From Macrostomum hystrix (Eukaryota > Animalia > Platyhelminthes), in the NCBI GenBank assembly GCA_950097015.1, contig CATNEN010000005.1:1612001-1676000 (forward strand): a stretch of 64,000 nucleotides of DNA, given 5' to 3'. Position numbers and translations under genes: made by a program. The notes beneath the pieces are model-generated. The model had not been told where the DNA came from, did not search any database, and saw nothing but the letters and a program-made list of their open reading frames with translations. Numbering within the stretch: the first letter of the stretch is position 1; each line of letters starts with the position of its first letter. Below are positions 11,509-19,796 of this stretch, piece by piece.

Positions 11509-13116
11509 ATGGCCAAGATAGCCATAGTCCTACTCTGGTTGGTCGCACAAGTTTCGCTCGCAAACGCTACCGTGGATGCCACTCTCCAGGCCAAAGCTAA
11601 CGGAATCGATGTGGTCCGTTCGACGATTAGCAAGATTCACAAGAGCTGCATATTTCCGAACGACTTCGGGTTCATGCTGCGCGTCGCATTGGTTGAATCT
11701 AATTTCGGGGAAAACTCGCATACATTTCGGACTGACGCGGCAACTGGTGGCAAAGGTATATGGCAGATGGATCGCATTGGATTCGACGACACGAAGCTTG
11801 TGAACAAAGCTACTCTAGACAAGGTGAAGGAGAAGTTCGGCATCGATTGGACAACAATGACGTACGCATCTGAAAACATGAACGTACCGCTCTATAATGC
11901 TCTCGCCGCGCGCCTTCTCCTGTACCGCAAACCAGCAGCCATTCCACCTGGAGTTGAGGCGCAGGCCAACTACTGGAAAACCTACTACAACTCCGCAGAG
12001 GGTAAAGGCACAGTGGCTGACTTCATCAACAAAGTCCAGAGCAGGCCTATCTGTGGCACAGTTGGGGCTGATCTACTCTTTATTCTCGACGCAAGCGGTA
12101 GTATTGGTTCTAGCAGCTTTGAGCTAATGAAGCAGGTGCTAATATCAGTAGCAAAAAAGTTCACCATCGGACCCTCAGCAACACAGGTAGCCGTGATCAC
12201 TTTTGACTCTCAAATTCAGAAACGGATTGACTTTGGAAATTATCCAACTTTCGGCTCTCTCACGACAGCCATCACTAATCTGAGATATACGGGCGGCGGC
12301 ACCATGACACACCTCGCACTGAATCTCGTGGCAAGCATGTTCAGTTCTGCCCGGTCTCTGGAACTCGGTTTTCCTCGGGTGGTAATCGTGCTGACTGACG
12401 GTGCTTCAAATAGCCCTACAGGAACTGTACAGGCAGTAAACAGTTTGAATGCCTACGGCTGGCTTGAACGCTATGCCGTCGGCATGGGAAGCGGAATAAA
12501 CAACGCGGAGCTACAAGCCATAGCTTCAGCATGCTCGAACGTCTATTTGATTCCAAACACCAGCTATATAGCCGCGATCACCGATGATCTGTACGATCTG
12601 GCCTGTCGATCTTCTGTTGCTCTGCCACTGGCCGAAGGCAGCACCGGATATGCCACTATGAGAGGTAGCCTGAATCCAGGAACCAGACGCAACGCTCGCG
12701 ACACGTCGGTATCTCGCGAGAAGGGGAGGACTTACGCCTTGATGTTGACTTCCGGCAGAGCTACTCTGTATGTCTCACGCAGTATGGAGAACCCCAGCTC
12801 GGCTTTGAATGACTTTTCGGCTGTGGCCACGCCATCGAGTCCCGGCCTGGTGTTTGTGAGCTCCAATGACCTGAAGGCTTCGCCCTTGCGACGGAAGCGT
12901 GACACATCGAACGCAACTACGAATAGTAATATCTATTTGTCCATTGTGCCCGCGGATGACAGCGCGTCCGTCAACTTCTGGCTCGACGCCCGTGACGGCG
13001 ACTTCCGCAATTTCTATCGGAATTCCGCTCCCGGATGCCATGCGAATGACCGCTGGCCTAGACTTGCCTGGATCGTCTCCATGATGATTCCAACGATTAT
13101 CGCTGGCAAATTCTGA
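11509..13116 (+). CDS. Secreted, probably GPI-anchored protein: signal peptide, lysozyme/transglycosylase-like domain, VWA domain, furin site and hydrophobic tail (535 aa, no coding introns)
   Basis: Signal peptide MAKIAIVLLWLVAQVSLA. Lysozyme-like motifs ALVES, GIWQM and YWKTYYN. VWA with complete MIDAS (DASGS at 12088, GGTMT, LTDG). RRKR at 12889-12900; the C-terminus RLAWIVSMMIPTIIAGKF has no cytoplasmic tail. Confidence 0.85.
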   Translation: MAKIAIVLLWLVAQVSLANATVDATLQAKANGIDVVRSTISKIHKSCIFPNDFGFMLRVALVESNFGENSHTFRTDAATGGKGIWQMDRIGFDDTKLVNKATLDKVKEKFGIDWTTMTYASENMNVPLYNALAARLLLYRKPAAIPPGVEAQANYWKTYYNSAEGKGTVADFINKVQSRPICGTVGADLLFILDASGSIGSSSFELMKQVLISVAKKFTIGPSATQVAVITFDSQIQKRIDFGNYPTFGSLTTAITNLRYTGGGTMTHLALNLVASMFSSARSLELGFPRVVIVLTDGASNSPTGTVQAVNSLNAYGWLERYAVGMGSGINNAELQAIASACSNVYLIPNTSYIAAITDDLYDLACRSSVALPLAEGSTGYATMRGSLNPGTRRNARDTSVSREKGRTYALMLTSGRATLYVSRSMENPSSALNDFSAVATPSSPGLVFVSSNDLKASPLRRKRDTSNATTNSNIYLSIVPADDSASVNFWLDARDGDFRNFYRNSAPGCHANDRWPRLAWIVSMMIPTIIAGKF

Positions 13117-13709
13117 GAGATCAGCACTATAGGCAAACGGCATCAACGGGTTTATCATTGTTATTTAACAGTAGAAAAGACCAGGCGTTTTTTAAATGAC
13201 AACATCTAGAACATTTTTTTATCCAAAAGGTCAAGATTACTTCTAATTTCATTTATTTTTCTGGAAAAGTAACACTGACAATTTTTTTTTAATTTTGAAA
13301 AACCGCTTTTCAAAAACTGTTCTACTCTTCTGGTTGTTGCCCTGTCCTAAATGACATTTTCACCTTTGTACCTGTAGCTAAGCTTAGTATCTTAAATAAA
13401 TGTTCGAAAACAATTTTTTAATCCAGGTTTTTTATCACTAAAGTAACTGTCGTGTCGTGGCTGGCTAGCCAAACTTGAGCCGCAAATGGGCGAGAGGTTG
13501 TTATTTATTATATTTGGCACTGCACATAGATGTACATGCAGATACGAGTAAAGCATCAGCTAATAGATTAGACGGTTAGGCATAAGCGTACATTGACAGA
13601 CAGAGCAGGCGGGGAGAGAGCAAGCAGTCCTAAACTCAGCGCCAATAACAATTGGGGTGCAGCCCCACACTGCGCACTTCAAGTCAAGTCACGATACAAC
13701 ATCCCCTCA

Positions 13710-14850
13710 TCACCAACGAGGAGACAGTCGGTCTGGGGCGACTCCCTTGGTCGACCTGCAGCTTCGTCGGGGCTCCGGTGTAGCTTCAGCGGTCTGCTGC
13801 GGTGGTGCCGCTGCGTCTGGCCGCTGGCTAATAGGTTCCGGGTTCCGGCCGCCTTCGTCAGGGTTCCGGCCGCCGTCGTCAGGGCTCCGACCGGCATCGT
13901 CAGGATCCCGGCCGCCGTCGTCAGTGTTGTCCGTAACTTCCGCCCGACTTGGACTCGGACACAAACGCAGCTGATCCCGGTGTGCCAGCACAGGCCTGTC
14001 GTCCTTGTCCCGGGTGACCACGGCCGTGTTGTGGCCGGCCTGTACCACAAAGCGGACGGTCTCAGCCGGCACCCCCGGTCGCGACTGGTAGACGAGCGGC
14101 GCATCGGTGTCGAATTGGAGGGTCAGCGGACTTCGCAGCTGTCGCCCCATAAGCGCAGACGGACTGCCACGCCCGTCGCCCCGCGGAGTGGCCCGGTAGT
14201 TAAGCAGCAGCTTGGCGAGGTACGCGTCGAACCTGCCCTGGTGCACGGCGAAGGCCCGCAGCCCCTTCTTGACGGTCTGGACCATGCGCTCGGCGCACCC
14301 GTTTGACTGCGGATGATACGGCGGCGAGTGCATCGGCGAGCAGCCGATCTTCTTGAGCCACTCGTGCAGCTGCTGGTCACGGAACTCCGGAGCATTGTCC
14401 GCCACCAAGGTATGCGGCACACCCAGGCGGGAAAAAATCAAGCGGAGCACCTTGATGACCGTCATCGCGCTCTTGTCGGCAACAGGCACCGCTTCCGGCC
14501 AGCCGGAGAAGGCGTCCACCACAATGAGCAGCAGGCCGAAGCCGGGAACGTGAGCATGGTCCATGTGCACGCGTCTCCAGGGACCATTTTCCGCCGGCCA
14601 GGTGTGGCACGTTCTGGCAGGCATTGGACGGATCTCCGCGCATCGCTGGCATTGCTTGACGAAGTTTTCGACGTCCTCGCAGTGACCCGGCCACCAGGCT
14701 TCCAGCTTGAGTCGATTTCTTGTCGCTAGGGCACCGCAGTGCGAGTCGCCGTGAGCCGCTCGCAGCACGTCTTGCCGCAGCCGGCTAGGCGGGACCACCA
14801 GGTCTCTCAGGCAGACGACGCCACTCTCCACTGAGAGCTGCTGGCGGACG
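13710..14850 (-). CDS. Retrotransposon integrase (HHCC zinc finger + DDE core), uninterrupted frame
   Basis: AHGDSHCG...WWPG...CQRC, then VHMDH, VADNAPEF, YHPQSNGCAERMVQTVK, YRATP and SPSALMGR. No gag, protease, RT or RNase H is present. Confidence 0.9.
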
Positions 14851-14901
14851 GCTTTATACGGTCGCTCCGCTGCCGAGCAGTTGTTCCACGCATTGCTGCG
14901 G

Positions 14902-14919
14902 ATCCTGCTTGCGACGCCA
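14902..14919 (-). promoter_or_regulatory. Primer binding site, complementary to a tRNA-Ser-like 3' end
   Basis: The + strand reads GATCCTGCTTGCGACGCCA, like eukaryotic tRNA-Ser 3' ends (..ATCCTGC-N7-G-CCA). The exact tRNA was not verified. Confidence 0.6.
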
Positions 14920-15369
14920 TTGTCGTGTCGTGGCTGGCTAGCCAAACTTGAGCCGCAAATGGGCGAGAGGTTGTTATTTATTATATTTGGCACTGCACAT
15001 AGATGTACATGCAGATACGAGTAAAGCATCAGCTAATAGATTAGACGGTTAGGCATAAGCGTACATTGACAGACAGAGCAGGCGGGGAGAGAGCAAGCAG
15101 TCCTAAACTCAGCGCCAATAACAATTGGGGTGCAGCCCCACACTGCGCACTTCAAGTCAAGTCACGATACAACAGTAACTTTTACAGACTCAAAAAAAAT
15201 TTGTGTAGTGTAGTCTGAAGTAATGTAAAAGTCAAGTTTATTGCTTGAGGACACAGATCGTTCCAGTGGAGTAGGGAATTCAACCACAAGGCTGCAACCG
15301 CCCAATAATAATTACCGTAATGATGTTTGCAGGAGGGCTGCGGGCAATGGCACATCATTTGGTGACAGT

Positions 15370-16209
15370 AGACCCGCAGCCAGCGAGGAGGCAATTCTGC
15401 CTATTTCTCTGACTGCTGAGCACAGCAAACAACAACACGCTGTTCTGTTGGAAAATACAGCGTCACAGGGCGCCTTTCAAGGCCTGGGAGATAACGAAAG
15501 CCGCGCCGCCAGCAGTCCGGAGCGCCGGCGTCTACCAGCAAGGAGTCGACGTAGCGCCGAGTGCGCGCCTGCCCTCGCCGGTAGGGTGCCTGCAGCGTGA
15601 GAAGCAGCACCCCATGCACCGGTTGCGGGCAGTAGGACAGGACAGGCTGGCGCGGCGATAGAGCGCCGCATTGTTGACATGCTCCCGGCCGATCTTGAAG
15701 ACAGCGCGCAGCAGGCCAGCGTGCGCGGCATCGACCTGATGTTCGAGCACGTCTGTGTCCATGTTCAGTGTCCATGTCTCGGCGTTGTATAGCAGGACGG
15801 TCTCGACCGCCGCCTGGAACAGCGCCGCTCTCTGACAGTCAGGCATGGCCTTGGACTGCAGGACGGTCCTCACGGGACGGAAGGCCGACCATGCAAGCCC
15901 GCGGCGACGTCACAGATCTTCGCGAGCGTCAGGCACCAGACCGCCGAGATACACGAACGATTGGCAACGCAGTAGCTCGGTTGCCTGCCTGTCAACGCCT
16001 CGGCAGAAAATTGCAGTCCCGGTGTCGACCGGCACGCCAAGCACGACGGTCTTCTTGGGAATGGCGACGATGTGCGCCAGGGTCCATTCGTTGAGCACAC
16101 ACGCACACGTCAGATATTGTACGTAGGCACACGCTCACACAGATGTGTACATCTGCCCTGTACATCTGTCATCGTCAGGCAGCGTACACTCTCACTGCGC
16201 CTTGGAGGT
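15370..16209. repeat. Unclassified ~165-bp dispersed repeat interrupted by an RTE-like LINE; an intact copy lies at 18253-18411
   Basis: 15370-15424 joined to 16092-16209 aligns by eye with the contiguous sequence at 18253-18411. Confidence 0.8.
15425..16091 (-). mobile_element. 5'-truncated, internally deleted RTE-like LINE with 8-bp TSD
   Basis: WTLAHIVAIPKK fused to TVVLGVP, then YLGG, AVETVLLYNAETWTL and RRGQARTRRYVD. (GTT)-type tail. TSD TGAGCACA at 15417-15424 and 16092-16099. Confidence 0.85.
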
Positions 16210-16920
16210 TGGCCCTCAAGGGCGCAAATTCCACAACAAGCCCCCAAGCCCTCTCTCCACGGCTGCGCCCCAAATGAATGTGGCCTCGCCGCGGAATCGA
16301 GCTCATGGACCTTGGTGCGAGAGGCAACTCGTTAGACCGCTTTGGAACCTGCAAACCCCAATTATTTGGAAGATCTTAAGAGAAACTACGTTTTGAATGA
16401 AGGGTCTATTATATAATATGAAAAAGATAGAAAATTTTGCGAAGCAAGCCTCAGGTTCTTGTGGACTAACTGTGACGATAGAACCCGCTTCGCTAGCACT
16501 AGCTAGCATTCAGACTAAAAAAGTACAGAAAAGACAATGCTATGTGCTTCAGTCTATGGTTATTAACCGCGAGGGGCAGAGTGAGAAGGGGGTGTAGGGG
16601 TGAAGCCCACACTTCCTACTTCCTACTTGAAGTACCATGTTAAACTAAGGTATTCCTTGAATATGGTCAGCTAAACTTTAGTCGATGAACCACTGTAGAG
16701 CGCCATCAATGCGCAAAAGGACATTGAACAACGCTGAGCAAGGGTTTCAATGAACATCGTTAAACTATGTCTATGGGGAATTCCCAATTCCCAGCGCGCA
16801 GCGCGCAGCGCCTGAGGTCATAGACAGGTCAATAGCCGGTATATATTCTTACAATAACGCGCATCCTACGTGCGCCTTAATGTCACCAAAAGTGCATAGT
16901 AATGTCCTTTTAACTGGTAT

Positions 16921-17325
16921 ACCATCCTATCCTATCCTATCCCCTCACATCCTATCCCATTCCATCTCATCCCATCCCATCCCATCCCATCCCATCCCAT
17001 CCCATCCCATCCCATCCCATCCCATCCCATCCCATCCCATCCCATCCCATCCCATCCCATCCCATCCCATCCCATCCCATCCCCTCCCATCCCATCCCGT
17101 CCCATCCCATCCCATATCATCCCATCCCATCCCATCCCATCCCATCCCATCCCATCCTATCCTATCCCATCCCATCCCATCCCATCCTATCCTATCCCAT
17201 CCCATCCCATCCCATCCTATCCTATCCCATCCCATCCCATCCCATCCCATCCCATCCCATCCCATCCCATCCCATCCTATCCTATCCCATCCCATCCCAT
17301 CCCATCCTATCCTATCCCATCCCAT
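16921..17325. repeat. (ATCCC)n pentanucleotide microsatellite
   Basis: Seen directly in the sequence. Confidence 0.98.
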
Positions 17326-17832
17326 CTACGCATCGAACTAAAATTGCTCTGTATAAACCTCGATGGCGAATCCATATAGGTTCAGTACAATAAAAAGTAA
17401 TAATTAAATCAATAAAATATAATAAACAAAAATATAGAGATGTATATACATTGTGAAATTTTGTGAGCATAAAACTTATGCATACAAATTATATGGACCT
17501 CGAGGACAATCGTTGCATACCTCGACAATGTAGATTTTTTGTAATTCGCGAAGTTGTTTAGTTAAATAAAACGAAAACTTTAGACCGTGATCTCGATATT
17601 CATGCCGATTGGTTGATTTTTTGGGAGATTCGGAAAATATAGTTTTGTGGGTACTTTTTGGCGACTCAGTTCACCAAACCGTAAAATCTGTTTCTTAAGT
17701 GTGGTAAGTGTGCCGGCCACTCCAGTCCATGGACTGAAAAGCTTTGCCACTGGCTGTTCATGTGGCCCAACTGGGCTAGGTGTCCTTTACTTTAAGATGC
17801 TTAAGAATGCCACGTGTTCATTCCACCATAGT

Positions 17833-18147
17833 TCATGTGTCCGTGGCGGAGGCAGCGGGGCAGAACTGGAGCCGGAAAATCAGCCAGAACAACTCGGCCA
17901 GTTCGGCGATGCAGATGACTGTGATGCCGCTGAACAGGGACAGCAGGCCGCCTATCTGGCTTATGAAGGCCGACAGGCCGAGTATGTAGTTCTCGGTGAC
18001 TTTCTTGGCCTGGTTACTGTTGAACTGAAACACCACACTGATTAGGTTGTCCTCCAGGTAGGTCGCATTGGCCAGAAGTTTTACAGCCTCCTCATCGCGA
18101 CTGCCCGAGCGCAACTGCAGTGCTGAGGTGTACACGCTTAGCCGATC
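17833..18147 (-). CDS. DEG/ENaC-family channel, last exon (TM2)
   Basis: Acceptor caacag|GAT. Reads NLISVVFQFNS...ENYILGLSAFISQIGGLLSLFSGITVICIAELAE, the DEG/ENaC TM2 signature. Confidence 0.85.
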   Translation of the reverse strand, partial: DRLSVYTSALQLRSGSRDEEAVKLLANATYLEDNLISVVFQFNSNQAKKVTENYILGLSAFISQIGGLLSLFSGITVICIAELAELFWLIFRLQFCPAASATDT

Positions 18148-18252
18148 CTGTTGACGGCGGTTCGCAAAACATGTAAAACGCATGATGCTCTACTGGTTAG
18201 TAGTCTAAGTAGATCTAAGTAGATAATAAAAATGGTGACATTTAGTGACACC

Positions 18253-18411
18253 AGACCCGCAGCTAGCGAGAAGGCAATTCTGCCCATTTCGCTGACTCCT
18301 GAGCACACACGCGCACAGATACTGTACGCAGGCATAAGCTCACACAGGTGTGTACATCTGCCCTGACTTTCTCATCGTCAGGCAGTGTACACTCTCACTG
18401 TGCCTTGGAGG
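18253..18411. repeat. Intact copy of the unclassified ~165-bp repeat, inside a DEG/ENaC intron
   Basis: Matches the split copy at 15370-16209. Confidence 0.75.
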
Positions 18412-18565
18412 AGCTCAGGGACCTTGGTTCAGAGTATCAGCCACATGATTCCTCATTCTTTAATGCATCAGCAACTCCTCCAAAAGTTGGCTTCAGAGTA
18501 TCAGCCACACGAAACTGGTCTTATAGTAAACCTTTCAGAACACATTAGTTAAAGTACATCGCCAC

Positions 18566-18934
18566 CTTCATGAGCTGGTGCGCAGTTGTGTTTAGCACAT
18601 AGCGTTGAAAAAAATCCAACGCTGAGTTTGCGTCGATGCCCTTGGCTTCGCTGCGGGCCACAGTGAAGCGTACTTGTGTGCAGAGCGGGTCGCATCGCGG
18701 CTTGCTGACTGTCACGTTCGGGGGCAGCTTCCCGTCCAGCTGCATGAGACAGGTGAGTCTGGTCAGGTCTAGACGCGGCGGTGAAGCTGTGAGGTTCTGC
18801 TTCAAGCATGGCGGATAGTCAGCATCGTCCGAGTGTTCGTCTGGTTGAGAGTGCGGTAGGCAGCTCATCGAGCAGTTGCAGAATTGCTGAATGAGGTCCA
18901 AAATAAGTGTGTCTGAAATTCTATGATCAGAATT
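18566..18934 (-). CDS. DEG/ENaC exon 3 (Cys-rich thumb region); acceptor position is approximate
   Basis: IQQFCNCSMSCLP...PPC...TC...RCDPLCTQVRF cysteine pattern. Acceptor aagcag|AAT and donor AAG|GTGGCG, both phase 0. Confidence 0.7.
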
Positions 18935-18977
18935 CTGCTTGCTATAAAAGTTCAGCAACTAAAAACGCATCGCCCAC

Positions 18978-19361
18978 CTTATAAGAATCGTGCCTTCCAA
19001 GGAAGGTGCACAGATCGGTTGTGTACTTCACCCGCCACTGCCGTCCGGCAATGTACAGATCCAGTGGCTGTGGAGTTTCAGCAACGCAATCGCGCTGGTA
19101 GACCGTCTGAGTGACCTTCACGTGCACGAAGCTCTGGGTGCCAGGCGAGAGTCTCAGGCCGTCGCTGATGTCCACAGGATACACGTCGCGCTCGTGCAGA
19201 TAGACAATGGCGCCAATTTTCAGGCTCTCAGTGTAGTCCATGATGCAGCGGTTGCAGCGCAGGCCGTCTGTGTCCGAGTCCAACAGGATGTGCAGGACTA
19301 GGCGATAGGCCTCGCCCTCGCCAGACACGTCAATTGTTGAACAGGAGAAATAGCCGGGAAC
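18978..19361 (-). CDS. DEG/ENaC exon 2
   Basis: Acceptor tccccag|GTT. Reads VPGYFSCSTI...GAIVYLHERDVYP..SDGLRLSPGTQSFVHV...RDC...YTTDLC. Donor AAG|GTGGGC. Confidence 0.8.
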
Positions 19362-19454
19362 CTGGGGAGATTCGGAAGAATCCTTCTGTTACAAAAAGCT
19401 TCTACAACAGTCAGATACGCGTAAACTTTGTGAAACTATCCAAACGATTTCAAC

Positions 19455-19796
19455 CTGTGTCTTGTGCACTCGACCGCAGGGTCTCGATCGCTTTACACCG
19501 TCCTGAGAGATGTAATAAACTCGACAACTCTCTGCCAGAACAAGCGGGTCTTGACTTGCGGCAGCGCGAAGTTCAGCCGCATCTAGCTGATCATGATAAG
19601 CCATCGGGGTGAGCAGCTCCTCGATGTAGGCCGTCAGGTTGGCGTCCCGATCATATGCGGCGGCGATTTCGCGAATCCGCTCAGCGTAGCTGCGCGGCGT
19701 CAGCGGCAGCGTGCGCAGCGCGTGCCGGGTGGCCGGACTGGCATCGCACACTGTGACGCTGGGAAACGGCGGTCTGGGCGACCAAGGCATCCAGGT
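19455..19796 (-). CDS. DEG/ENaC exon 1, 3' half (downstream of the LINE insertion)
   Basis: TWMPWSPRPPFPSVTVCDASP matches the FPAVTVCN-type motif. Donor CAG|GTTGAA at 19454. Confidence 0.8.

Larger units (their letters stand above)
13448..15174 (-). mobile_element. 1727-bp Gypsy-type LTR element containing only integrase
   Basis: Two 254-bp TG...CA LTRs (13448-13701 and 14921-15174), identical by eye. 5-bp TSD GTAAC at 13443-13447 and 15175-15179. PBS TGGCGTCGCAAGCAGGA follows the 5' LTR; purine tract GATGAGGGGA precedes the 3' LTR. Confidence 0.95.

Noticed and set aside
13593-14729. Plus-strand ORFs overlapping the integrase, and similar shadow ORFs over the LINEs, PIM and the VWA gene
   Set aside because: Antisense or alternate-frame shadows of GC-rich coding sequence with no motifs of their own.
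16880-17341. ORFs with PSHPI/GWDGM repeats
   Set aside because: Translations of the (ATCCC)n microsatellite.
19593-19796. N-terminal 68 aa of the 1446-aa ORF as part of the LINE protein
   Set aside because: It lies outside the TSD and is the antisense of the channel exon, in frame by chance.
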